Made by a program: the position numbers and the translations under genes. Positions 16,156 through 29,310 of a stretch of DNA of 64,000 nucleotides are shown here, one piece after another. Under the pieces are notes generated by a model. The model did no database searches. It was not told where the DNA came from and worked only from the letters and a program-made list of their open reading frames with translations. The stretch comes from Psilocybe cubensis. Lineage: Eukaryota. Within the stretch, counting starts at the first letter, position 1. Each line of letters begins with the position of its first letter. The DNA is taken from NCBI GenBank assembly GCA_017499595.2, contig CM038998.1, positions 3,224,001 to 3,288,000 on the forward strand, in the 5' to 3' direction.

Positions 16156-18520
16156 ATGTCAGAAAGAAATACCAGCAAGCCCTGGACAGAAGAAGAAGGT
16201 TTTTTTTTACTTTTCTTCCAGTTAATCACGCTCGATGTTTTATCTCTTTTACAGATCAGCTCTTGCGGCAGGCCGTTGCTCACTATGGTGAAAACGACAA
16301 CTGGAAAAAGGTGGCAGAGGGAATACCTGGTCGAACCAACAAGGCCTGCAGGAAGGTGATTCCGCTGTATTCTTTCAGAACACGAAATCAATATTCATCC
16401 GGCAATCGTTCTAGCGGTGGCTTCACTCTTTGCAGCCCAATGTCAAGAAAACCGCCTGGACCCCTGACGAAGATAAAATGCTGGTGGATCTTCACGAGAG
16501 CTATGGGCCAAAGTGGTCTGCCATAGCCCGTCAAATTCCAGGCCGAACTGACGACGCCTGCTCCAAACGCTACAGGGAAGCCCTTGATCCCTCACTTAAG
16601 AAGGATCAATGGACCCATGAGGAAGACGTACTTCTCATGGAGACCTATCATCGCATCGGCGGAAAATGGGGAAAAGTTGGTCAAGAACTTCAGCGCAGTG
16701 GCCTAGGTTGCAGAAACAGGTGAATTTTCCCCACTTTTCACATAGCGCCAGCGCTCATCAAGAAGTAGGTGGCGCCTATTGGAACGTAAAAAGGCATCCA
16801 AGGCGAACCACCACATGAGCTCACGCACGAGCCCCGTGCATACCATCACCCCTCACGAGACCCCCGTGATTGTAGAGGAACCACTACCCGTTGCACAGTT
16901 CCAAGAAGCACCTGCCCACGTACAATGGCCGCCATATTATCCTCCTGAAGCCTATCCAACTTTCCCTGTAGATGGGGAAAGTAGCGGGGATATTGTATTC
17001 CGTGAACCCAGCCCGGAAGTTGTACAACAGCCTGATCCCAAAGTCGCACCGTTTCAGTTTTCTTCGTCGTCTCTTCTCACCGCTCTATCTGATCCGCCAA
17101 GGCCGCACGCTCCGCTGCCTCCTATTAGTGCTGTCAATACTCCAGAACTCGTGCAATACGACATTCCTAATGAATCTGAAAGACAGCCATCTCTTTCTCC
17201 TCTGTCTCAATGCAATGCCATACCCGACATGAACGACATCCTTATGTCATTGGAAGATTACACGCAAGGCTCTATTGCACAGCTACCTTCGGAAAATTCT
17301 GCGTCCCAAATAACCTATGACATTGAATCCTACAACAAATTGCCTCAATTCACATTCGGTGATATCTACACTGCCTCGCCTTTCACTATTCCTACAGAAC
17401 TTTCGCGACCAGAACATTATAATTTCAAACCCGTTCATATTCCCAAGTTGTTCGACTCTCCTCATAGCATCTATGGCGGAGTTTTATACGAAGAAACATC
17501 ATCAGCGTCGTCAACTCCATATGTTTTGTCATCCTCTTTGTCCCCTACCTCAAGTCCGCTTCCAGCGACACTCTTAGATCTGCCTAACTCCGAACAGCCT
17601 TCCTCAAACTCTTTACTATTTTCGCCAGCGGACGGCCCTCGAACGACCTCGATGTCGGCAGGTATCCGCCGATCAAGGAAAAATACATCGAGAAAAAACA
17701 AACCGATCATCAAGGTCCAAGTTACCACTCGGCTCTCTTCGACGTTGCCCCTTTCTAGCGAGTACGTGTTCTGTATAGCCCCGTTAGATAAATTTAACTC
17801 AGCTCATTACTTGTAGCCCGAATATCCGGCCATATGCCTGTGGACGACCTCAGTGTTGGCCCAATACTGCAACTACCAGTTCCAGCTGTTTTGCTACGTC
17901 TGGGGAACTCCTAGATCACAGCAAAGAGCAACACCCAGACGAGGATGCGTCGGAGAAGCCGTATAGATGCGCCCTAACAGGCTGCGGAAAATCTTGGAAG
18001 GTATGCAAACTGCGTTTATTGCAAAGAAGAATGTTTCTGAAAACGACATTTTATTGATGTAGTCGATAAATGGGCTGCAATACCATTTACAAATGTAAGT
18101 TTTACCGCTTCTTGTCTTCCCTCGCTCATATTTTTTTTCTTTTCTTAACAGATCCACGGCTCATTTTGCCACTGCATTGTCTTCAAGGTTTTCTGCACAG
18201 CTGCCTTCGACGCCGGATGTCAACACACCTTCCACGTTGGAGGGGGAAATAGAAGATTTGGAACCGGAACGCAAGTATATGTGCCCCCAACCTGGCTGCT
18301 TCAAAGCCTATCGCCAACCCAGCGGTCTGCGTTACCATATCAAATTTGTTCGTACTTTTTTGTGAATATGTCGATGTATTCATTTAAAGCACTTGTACAG
18401 GGTCATCCTATTGACATTCCCACACAACTTGCAGTTGTTCCGCCAGCCTTGGAACGCCAAATTCCTATCAAAGCTAAGAAACTCCGCGCAAAGCCACCAC
18501 CTGAACCTGTGGCGAATTAA
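16156..18520 (+). CDS. Myb-repeat transcription factor with C-terminal C2H2-like zinc finger(s)
   Basis: Three Myb repeats (KPWTEEE..NWKKVAEGIPGRTNKACRK, AWTPDED..PGRTDDACSKRY, QWTHEED..RSGLGCRNRW), an S/P-rich middle, and CPQPGCFKAYRQPSGLRYHIKF-GH. Confidence 0.8.
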
Positions 18521-18883
18521 TTCTTCTACTGACCATTTATTATTATTTTCTTTTTGGAAATGTGTTTGTTAATGCTGTTTTCACTAGACAACGGACATCA
18601 GATGGATTTACAATGACTATTTGATATAGTCTACATTTGTATCCTGTTTTTTTGTTTTTGTTTTCTTCGCGCTTGTGGGATCTAACGCATTGATTCTCGT
18701 TCTCTTTTTGTGCTGCATTTAGTCGTGTATTGTTACTATCAGTTAATATTTTTTCTCCTTCAAATTCATTCTATCCTTTTAAACTTCTGTAACATTGTTT
18801 GTTGGTGATTAAACTGTATGACTATAAACCAATGTAGGCCAATGACCCCAGAATGTCAAATGGTATTTAAACATCTTAAACCA

Positions 18884-20128
18884 TCATCTACGACCTGCAG
18901 CTGCACCAAATTGCTCCGCTCTGTTTGAAAATGAATGGGCATCACTTCATATGTCAAATTCTCTATTAATGACTTACAGTTGCCGCAAGCTGGGATCTGC
19001 CATGATCTCCTCCATTGAGGGCATGTTTCCTGATTGTACACGGCTCATCTAGACAGAGACAAATCAGGGACCAAGTTTGTCTGAAATTATCTCCCAAAAT
19101 ACCATATTTGCGACTCCTGGGTTCTGCATGAGGCTGGCAAGCCCACCATTTGCTGCCATCTGTTGGGCCATGGCCATGAGTTGTGGGTTGTTCATCATGC
19201 TGGCAAGGTCTGGCATTCCACCCCCACCAGGACCGCCGCTACCGCCCAGATTTCTTAACATATCGGCCATTCCACCTAGTCCTGGACCCCCAGCCCCTGA
19301 GGCTCCGCCTGATCGAGTACCAGACACCGTATCGTCGCTGTTGTCGCTGTCTATGCGGGCTCGAGCGTTCTGAAGGCCCGTTTTCAAGCTTGCGTTAGAA
19401 GGCTCTAGTTTCAAGCCACGTTCAAAAGCACTCGCAGCGGCTTTGAAATCACCAAGAGAGTATTGCGCATGTCTGAATAATATCCAAAAACGAGATCAAC
19501 GACACTAGTGTTGGACGGAAGTTTGAGCACGCACCCCAGTCTATGGTATGCCTTTACGAACTTGGAATCTACAGAGATCGCTTTTTCAGCATCTCCGACT
19601 GCGGCGAGATGATCGCCTTTGCTCGAGTGCGCGGCGGCTCTGTTGGAATAATAGACGGGGTTGGTAGGATCAAGTGCAACAGCTTTGTTGTACGATTCGA
19701 TAGCAGCATCGTACTCCTTGCTGGACATCTGCGCGTTGCCTGTTTGCTTGCATTTCTCGGCCTGTGCTTTATCTTCAGCTGAAGGGACATTAGGTTTGGA
19801 AGTGGACGCGGACGCAGGCGACGACGACTGAGCAGAGGAAACCTTATCGCGAGTTTTGATATATACATCAAATATACTCTGAAGAGTAGCCGGTTTCACA
19901 GACAGTTTTTGAACTTGCTCCTGGTTGGAAGGATCTACTCCAAATGCCTCTCCGATACATTGGACTACGGCAAGATGGAATCAGTCTTGCCTAACCTGGA
20001 TTTTAATCATAAAACGTACTAGCAACCTCAAGACTCTCCTGATCATCTGCCTTGACGGTTCCATCTTGAATAGACTGGTTAAGAAACTCGATAATAGAAT
20101 ATACGAGCTTTTGCTGTTTCTCGGACAT
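18884..20128 (-). CDS. SGT2: Small glutamine-rich TPR co-chaperone Sgt2/SGTA
   Basis: N-terminal dimerisation domain (DDQESLEVA..QCIGEAFGV), TPR (AEKCKQTGN..YYSNRAAA) and an M/Q-rich STI1-like C-terminus. Confidence 0.9.
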
Positions 20129-20265
20129 GATAATCGACACGCAAGGGATATGTTGTAACTGGACGTAAACAAGCGACAACAAGTTGCAATTGCGCGTTAA
20201 ACAAAAATACTCATTCATCCTTCTGCCTCTTACCTTACATTTCGAACCTTCCCTTTTGCCTTGCC

Positions 20266-21894
20266 ATGTTCTGCGCGATATCTGGAGAGCCTCCCCAGAC
20301 ACCTGTCATCTCCAAAACCTCTGGGCATCTATACGAGAAGCGCCTCATCACAAAATACATCAACGAGAATGGAACTGACCCAATAACGGGGGAAAAGTTA
20401 GAGGAGGCAGACCTCATTGAGGTTAAAGCTTGTACGTCGTTTTCTACTTTATTTATTTGTATCTTTCTTAAGTTGGGATGCAATCTGCAGCTCCCAACTC
20501 TGCAGCACCTCGTCCCCCAACACATACATCGATCCCAGCCCTCCTTCAGCTACTTTCAAACGAATGGGATGCAGTGGCTTTGTCCATGTATAACCTGGAG
20601 CAGAAATACAACGCAACTCGGCAGGAACTAAGTTACGCACTTTACTCACAGGATGCCGCAAGCCGTGTGATCGCACGTCTCATTCGAGAGCGCGACGCAG
20701 CACGAGAGTACGCCTTTTTGGGTTTCCGCCGACCATCGAAACTAATGTACTTCGTCCTTTAGGGCTCTTGCTAACGTCTCAGCTTCAATGGGAATTGCGC
20801 CTACGGCTTCGGCGCCTACTGAAGATGTAGAAATGGTTGAAGATGCAGGTCTTCCTGCCAGTGTTGTTGCAAAAATCGATGAAGTACATCAAAAGTTAAG
20901 TGCTTCGCGTAAGCAGCGAAAGAATGCCCCCCCTCCAGGATTTGCGGCTTCTGCAGACGTGAAAACCTATGTTGCCACTCATACTGTCCCTTCTCTCCAT
21001 TCGGCGTCTCCCGCTGGCATCACCTCCTTGGCTATTTCACAAACCAACCCCTCGCAATTTTTGACTGGTGGTAACGACAAAATTGTCCAACTGTACGATC
21101 AAAACACCGATAAAGTATTGGCTTCCCTCAAAGGACACACAAAAAAGGTCAATCATGTTGCTTTCCGTGAACAGGAGGGCGAAAATACGCTTTTACTTTC
21201 GGCTGGTGCAGATAAAATTGCCAAAGTTTGGGCCCACGATACCAGCTCCGGCGAATATCTCCCTAAATTGACGGTCCGTACTCACAAGGGCGAACTGACT
21301 GGCTTGGCTGTCCACCCAACTTCGACCTTGTTCGCTCTCTCTTCGACTGATAAGACGTATTCGCTTCACGATTTAAACACTTTCACTCAAGTCTTCCGGT
21401 CTACTCCATTCGATGACCCATTCACCTCTCTCGGTATACATCCGGATGGAACTTTGATTGCATTGGGTACCCCTACGTCAACGATTCAAATTTATGATAT
21501 ACGAAGTGGTTCCATTGCTGCCGTTTTGACACCCACCGACTCTTCGCCGTTCACTGTACACACCCTTGCTTTCTCCCAAAATGGCTATCATCTACTAGCC
21601 CCCGACTCTCTCTCCTCCGTTGCAGTTTGGGATCTTCGTTACCAAACACTGGCCAAGAGCATCCCTCTTGGTGACGACTGCAAAGTCAATCATGTCGCAT
21701 GCGATCTCAGTGGACAATTCCTTGGAGTTGCAACTAATCAAGGTGCCAGAATATTTGCCCATAAAACATGGAACGATCTCCTCACTCTTGAGGAAGGGGG
21801 AGAGATTACAAACCTCGCCTTTGGGCCCTACAGTAAAGAAATATGGGGGGTGACAGGTAGAGAAGTGAGGACCTGGGGCTTGCCTGCCAGCTAA
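20266..21894 (+). CDS. PRP19: Pre-mRNA processing factor 19 (U-box, coiled coil, WD40)
   Basis: [62 protein letters not shown]40 repeats. Confidence 0.95.
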
Positions 21895-22313
21895 ATATTT
21901 TTCGTCGTTTTGACGTTTGTAACATCGTGTGGTTTACTTTTTTTATTCCTGCGTTTCTTCTACATACAATTAAATATACATATACTGTGTTCCGTGCGCT
22001 TACCGCGAAAACAAACCGTCATTTGACCTGACGATGTGTCAACTTGTTTTTGAATCTGCACAATGTTTAAAGTGAGATATACAATGTGTGAATCATGGTA
22101 TTGTCATTGCAGTCGTTGGAGATACATGAAATGGTTGTGTAAAATGCACGGGGGGTAACGCCCAAAATGATGTGATGTGAATGTGAAGTAAATAATAGTT
22201 ATAACAAAGAAGAATGAAGGGCGCAGAATTCATACATATGAATTACAGTAAATGATACACTGGGTATGCGTGAAAAGTCATCTTGTCAAACCGAAATGAA
22301 AAGGGTAAAGATT

Positions 22314-25108
22314 CTAGGACCATGTCGAAGGACCGACGAAGCCAGAGTCGGGCATCGCTTTGAAAGGAATACCATTGGCATCTGCGGTATTTTGCCATAC
22401 ACTGCGAAATTAAGTTAGCTTCAAGCTTTCAAGAGGAAAAAAACAGAAACTCACGTATTTCCCCACCAGTTGAGTTCAATTCCGCCTGTCTTTGGGAGAC
22501 CAAATGCGAAAAACAAAACGACCATCGCAAATACGGCCCCTGCGTCAAGAGCGGCAGAAAGAATGTAGTTATAGCGCATCCACCACCTGAAATGGAAGCG
22601 GCGGATAACGTAGTTGAAGATAAAGCCGGCAAGCACCCAGGATGCATAATTAATTCCGGAAGCGGGAGGCATGGCAGCGAGACCAGCAAAGAAGACGGGG
22701 ATATTGACATATCGGTAAAACGACAAGGGGAAGCGGCGAGCGAGGAAGTAGAATGGGATGGGTGCAAGGATACCGACAGGGAAGAACCAGAGCAGGCCAG
22801 AGTAAGGCGCGCCTGGGCTGAAGAGACGACGAGGACCAACGGCGCCCCAGATGACAGAGGCGCTATAGAAGGTCGTCGAACCCGGGCAGCGGAATCCCTG
22901 TTTTTGACCGGGAGTGCAAATATCTTCGACGTTGTTCAACATCCAGTCTTGAATGAGAGTAACCCAGATGCACGCCACGATGGACGCGACAACCTGAATC
23001 ATAAACATGATTCTAGGGGGGATCTTCATGTAATGTCCAAGTTTAAGGTCGCCAGCAAAGTTAACGGCTTGATTGGAAGTAATGAAAGCAATGGTCTTGA
23101 AGATGATATTCGCAATAGGTTTTCCGGGAAGCATATAACCAGCGATGAGTTCGTGCATGACCTGGGTCGGAACTTGTTGGTTGGTGATGGCTTGGAGCAT
23201 GGCGAGAGGGATGGCGAGGATCGAAGCAAGGATGATACCGACAACTGCAGCCCAGATTGGCAATTGAGTGGGAACAATCTCGATGGCGGTGCAGAAAAAG
23301 GCGAAGGCTATTATACCGACGAGACCATACCACCAGGCAGGAACCTCGCGATACGCCAACATAAGGCGCGAGTGGACGTCTCGCTCGTCTTTCAAAGAGC
23401 TTCGGAATCGTCGCACGATATCCTTGCGGAACCATACTAAAAGAATGAAATGAGTTCAGACATATCTTAATAAGGGTAAGACGTACGGAAAGTGTGAACA
23501 AAGACAGCGGGGAAAGCGGCAAATGCGATACCGTACGCCAAAGCCAGTGTGGTTGTCAAGAAGACAGGTGAATAAGCTTGATATTTTGCGAGATCAAAGA
23601 CACCGTCGGTAATGATCTGAATAGCTTGATACGGTGCTCCAGTGTTGTCGAAAGTTACTGGGGCGGATATTGGGAAGAATGCTGAGTTCCAAACGTTGGT
23701 AACTAATTAATGCGAATGAGATTAAAATTAAAGATTGACAGAGAGGCAAAAGGGCGACTTACAGTAAAGGATTGGAGCGATAAACCAAAACATGATAATA
23801 AATGCAACACCAGTGTTCATTTGAGACCACCACTGAGTATTTTATTGAGAAAATGTAAAAGTAAGCGAACAGAAGCAGGAACTCACGGGTGTGACGAGAG
23901 GACTACCAATGAAAGCGATCATTGACCAGTCAAAACTGAGCATACTCATACCCAAACCGGTGTTGGTACCAAATAACGCATTGACAACAATGTTGTTGGG
24001 TGCAATCCAGCAAACCCAGTTAAACATGCTGAGGGCGGTAAACAGGAATCCGGGAATCCAGTACCAAATGAAGCTGCAAATCATGGCAATGACGAAGAAA
24101 CGTTCGCGGGTGATGTGGCCGCGATCACGCTTTCCGTAATTTTTATGAAGCGTGTTGAACAAGGCGGAGTTGACCAAAGCACCAGGCCAGATCATGCTCG
24201 AAGGCCATACAACAAACTGGCGAAGAAGACCACCCAAAGAGAATCCAATGATTTGTGACCCGAGAGCGAGGAGAATCTGATAGCTCATGGGAGTTTTTTG
24301 GCCATAGAAGACCCGCTGACTGAGGACTACTTCGGTGGAGTAGGCGCCTCCCCATACAACATTGGCCATGACAGTGATACAAACGTGCTCCTTGATGGTG
24401 AATGGTCCTGGGTTGAGTGACCACTTGTAGCCAAAGGTATTGAAGACGGTGGTCGGAAGGATAGCTGCAAGACCGCGTCCCAAAGGAAGAGATACAAGCT
24501 GTGCAACGATTCCTGTGATGTAGACGGAAGGATCTATGAAATTGTCAACTGCCATAAGCCTGTCGCAAAGAGAAAGCACTCACATCTCATAGAAAAGATT
24601 TGGTTGAAGCCAGAAGTCAAAAGCGATAAAAGGATACCCAAGAACCACATCCGGAAGGTATTAACGGGCATGGTAGGATCATCAACACTGGCCACAGCTG
24701 CTCGAACTTCTGGATATGGTGATTCACTGCGGTAGAGGTTAGTATGCAAATATAATGAATAGACAACATAAATACGTACTCATCGAATTCAATTGCCGTT
24801 GACACCCTAGATTCCGCTCTCGACGTTGAGTAGTGAGAATCAGCATCGGAGTAGTCGAGCTTCTTCGAGTCTCGTTCGTAGGGAGGAGTAGGGCCGTGCT
24901 CGTTGTCAGATACAAACGAAGGGGGGTAATTCTTATGGAGATCGAAGTTAGGATCGTTCAAATGCTCCTGGATAAACTTGGACTGAAGATCGTCATCAAA
25001 GATATCCTGTGGGACATCGGGCGCAGGGCGGATGCGCAAGCTAGAGGTATCGACCCGCTCAGCTGCAGAAGAATAATGTGTGCCTTCCTCCAGTTTGTAG
25101 GCGTCCAT
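22314..25108 (-). CDS. OPT-family oligopeptide transporter (Isp4/Opt1-like)
   Basis: SPYPEVRAAV, NPGPFTIKEH, DLKLGHYMKIPPR, WWMRYNYILSAALDAG. Confidence 0.92.
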
Positions 25109-26750
25109 GGTGTCAATATGGTACGGAGGAAAAGTTGGCAGAAGAAAGAAGGGAGGGGGTACCGCAAGGGGAGGATGGCGGGGTAGTGAATTTTAAAAAC
25201 AGTGCGGGCTTATGAGGGCACGGCGGGTTGAGGCGCATGAGAGAGGCCATAAGATTACATTTCCTGACAGAACCCAGTCTAGCGATGGAAGACAGGACCC
25301 AGATTGCCCGAACAATTAGACAATTAGAACCAATGAGATTGGTTCCGCCTCGGATATTTTGAACTTTAATTGATTCCCATGGTCCCTCGCGATACTCCTT
25401 TGACCAGGAAAACTAATGGGTGGCTGAATGAAGTACAGTTTTGGCAGTAAATACCTATAATCGACCTAGAAAGACGCAGAGAGAGAGGTAGAAACAGTTG
25501 GAAAGACAGACGATAGAGAGAAAGAGGAGATCTATGTGAGATAAGTGAAGGAGAAGCGGTTCCCGACGCTATTGTGTTCGAGCGCGCGAGTCCGGGAGTG
25601 GTTCCATTTCGGGACGCGTTTGGTCAGGTGTTCCCCTTTTCTTTTTGTTCTTCGCCATCACCACATATCCGATCATCTTCCCACATCCTACGTATACTTT
25701 CTACCAAGCTTTATGAATTCAGATCTTATGGCAGTTGGCCACTAGATATCATGCCCTGACGTCTCTACCTATTATCTCTCTTCCCTACGTCTTTTGTTAG
25801 ATCCGCGCTCGGCTTTATCAACTTTCACCTTATTATACATTACTGCTACCTAGATGCCTTGAACAATGCGGAGTGCAAATCTTACTACAACTAGCGAGCT
25901 AGAACTTGTCTTTTCACTCCCAGTAGATATCTGTTTTGTTCAGTGACTCGTACTGTAACAGGTACATCCGAGATGCGGTTTGTATCATATGGACGGCGTA
26001 TTTACGCAACTAAAGCTAAGCATTCACAATCGTTGGCCTTGAGATAAATTTTTGCAGGGGTGTTGGTAGTATTGCGAAAGGGCGTCGGTACATGGCTGTA
26101 TAAGTGTCACTAACGATTACTTTCATTAATTCTGACCACCCAAAATGTATTTATGGCCTCCGACTTGATTTTACTGCTTTTTTGGAAAATCTAACTTTTG
26201 ATATCACTTCCAACCCATACTCCAGTTACTTTGGATTTCTGACTGGCATTCAGTTTCGCATTGAAACGAAAATATACGTGCTGGAATTACATACCTCAAT
26301 TTGATGTTTTTGACTCCGTACATTACAGCAGATCAGTCGATCACATAAAATGCGTGGTTTTCTCGTGCTCTTATAACATTGACTGACATTGATGTTTCAT
26401 TTCCTTGTCCTCACATCTTGTTTGATTGCTCCTTCTATATGTCTCTTTTTTCGAATTTGCTCGGGCCTCCGATGAAGTTCGCTAACTCAAGTATCACAAG
26501 GTCCAAAAGCTTTGAATCACAGCTTTTGGGTTAATTCAGCGTATTTATATTGTTATCGAGACAGGTCAACTTTATGCTACCTGTTCGCTTTTTTAAATTT
26601 CCATTCACAGTAACATGTCATCTATGATAGGCGCTGAAGCGCTGAGCACTGGCACACAAACGACTCACAGGGCACGATCTGGCACGATCATGATCGTCGG
26701 ATGCTATTATGCTAAAGCCCATCTAATCTAAATTTATGCCGTACTAAAGT

Positions 26751-26791
26751 GCCACAAAACCGTTTTGTGGCCGGAGATAAGATAAGATAAG
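26751..26791. promoter_or_regulatory. Perfect 10-bp palindrome GCCACAAAAC-C-GTTTTGTGGC followed by three tandem GATAA motifs
   Basis: Read directly in the OPT-TauD divergent intergenic region. A regulatory role is inferred. Confidence 0.4.
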
Positions 26792-27545
26792 ACATTCATC
26801 GTTCAGTGCTTGCAATTGCAATTGCGTCGTTCTTAAAGTTCCAGTTCTGATACTCCTACCTTCATCCAGGTATCTAACTGCCAACTGTCTGTTTAATAAT
26901 GGTTAAGGAAGCACCTTGCAGCAGTGATAGCTTTCGGGAGTTTGACTCTCGCTGTCGTTGATTAAAATTTAAAACTCTTGAGCGCTCGAGCCAGCTCGAG
27001 CAGACTGACTCTGGCTTCAAGTGTATTTTGGCACTCACCAATGACCATATTCAACTTTAAAATCACATCAGAATAGGTGCAATAGAATTTGTTTTTCCTT
27101 CCATAAGCATACATTTGATGAACTTTTGAGAGCAATCTGTTGATATACGTCCCCGCAACCAGCTTGTTATGCCACTTGATTTGTGATTATGGTTCATTGG
27201 CTCCTGGCGAATTTTGCTATGAATAAGAAGTGAATTGCTCGGAATGAACATTTGAAAAAAGGTCCTTCGCAACATTGCATTACACCGTACTGACTGAACA
27301 TTAGGAGTGCATGCAGGGCTGAGAGCGGTCCGTGGAACTTTAACGTGCATATAATTGGAGATTTTTGGAGTCTTGCGCATGACAAGCCGAAACGGGGCAT
27401 TATTTTCAGCTGTATTCTCAGTATACGACAGGATTGCGTTTTTCGAAGCCCAGATGACGAAAAATGCCTTAAACTGTAGGTATATAACTCAAAGACATGG
27501 CATTACCCTTATATCTCGTTGAGTATATTCATCTATAACTTCAAA

Positions 27546-28925
27546 ATGACTACCATCATTGCCTCAGTGACTGAAGCTGAACAAGGACACGGTGTAGCTA
27601 CTCTCAAGTTGCGGCCTCAGGAAGAGAATAAAGGGGAGGAGCCGCCATACAAATATGCACATCTTCTCCCCCATTTTTCTGCTGATCGTTACCCACCTCT
27701 TACACCTTTTGAGCACGTAGATCCTGGTCATCGTGCTCTATCGCACCCAAACCCCCGTTCATTCCTAGATAGCGCGAGTAGCGTGGACGAGCTGACTCCA
27801 CATCTCGGGACTGAAGTCGTTGGTGTGAACCTTGCAGAGCTGGATAGTGCAGGCAGGGATCAAGTGGCTTTAGAGGTTTGTCAGCCCTCTCGGTACAAGT
27901 TCCGTTTTCTAATGCGAGGTAAAAATAGGTAGCGCGAAGGGGCCTCATGGTTTTCCGTGATCAAGAGGATTTCATTGATCGGGGTCCCGAATTTTATCGT
28001 GAATGGGGGAGTCATTTCGGACGGTGAGGCTAAAGCCTGTCCAGTACAAAGCACTTGGGTTACTTACATTCACCTAGTTTGCATATTCATCCCACCTCGG
28101 GACATCCAGAAGGTTTTCCAGAGATTCATTTGGTCTACAGGTATGAGCGTGCAAGTTAAGAATATCCAGAGTCTGATATGGAATGCGCGCCAGAGATTTA
28201 AAGAAATCCTTCAACTTTGAATATGACGATGCTGTTACACCCACAGTTTGGCACTCAGACGTTTCATATGAGCTGCAACCTCCCGGTTTAACAACATTTT
28301 TCCTTCTTGCACAGCCGAAAAGCGGAGGTGATACCCTTTTTACTTCGCAGGTGTCTACATTGAAGAAACTGTCTCCTCAATTTGTCGCTTTCTTGCGCAC
28401 GCTAAAAGCACTCCACTCGGGTTTCGAGCAAGCAGAATTTTCTCGTGGAGGCCGCCGAGGTGGCACTGTCCGTCGTGAGCCCGTCGAGCATATACATCCT
28501 GTGATTAGGAAGCACCCAGTGACTGGAGAGGAAGCTCTCTACGTCAACCGACAATTTACCCGACGCATCATTGGCCTCAAGCGCGAAGAATCAGGTCCGT
28601 GTCGAGATACCTTTGACTGAGAGTCTTATTACCAATGCGTTGTCCGTAGCTGCTATCTTGAACTTCCTATATGATCACATCGACAGGAGTCCCGATAATC
28701 AGGTTCGCATCAGGTGGCGGCCTAACACAGTTGTGCTGTGGGATAACAGGATTACCGCTCATGTATGTCAGAATCTCGAGTGTACAGCGGTTTCTTCTTA
28801 CAATTTTTCTTCAGTCTGCCATTATCGACTTCAAGGAGAGCGGTGAAGCGCGTCACGGTGCTCGCATCACACCCCAAGCAGAACGTCCCATTCCAGCTCT
28901 CGATGGCCTTGACCTTTCATTGTAA
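27546..28925 (+). CDS. TauD/TfdA-family 2-oxoglutarate-dependent dioxygenase (Jlp1-like sulfonate dioxygenase)
   Basis: WHSDVSYELQPPG, GGDTLF, HPVIRKHPVTGEEALYVN, WDNRITAH. Confidence 0.9.
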
Positions 28926-29310
28926 TCTGTTTAGTGTATTAATATGTATCAAAAAGCGTACAACGTACGGTGTGGTTGAATGTCATATTCAACATTCTGA
29001 TGGTTATTCGCAAACCCCATGCAAGTTCAATGAAAATTTGGTGTTTTAGTGCGCTTCGTTCAGATTTAAAGTGTTTGCGGACTATGTCTCATGGCCGATT
29101 ACCCATTTTACAAAGAAGCGAGAGAAAAAAAAAGGTCGTCTTTTATCACAGGGTTTTATCTGAGTGTAAGGGAGGCGGCCCGGCCCATTGACTACTAGTT
29201 CTAAACGTAAACCTCGGTAGGCTCCGACGTCATGACCAAACCTTCAACGATCAATCTTCACATTCTCCGTTAAAACGATTTCTTCTCATATACTCGTTTT
29301 ATAAAGAGGC

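Noticed and set aside
22592-23440. 282-aa plus-strand ORF
   Set aside because: Antisense shadow of the OPT coding exon.
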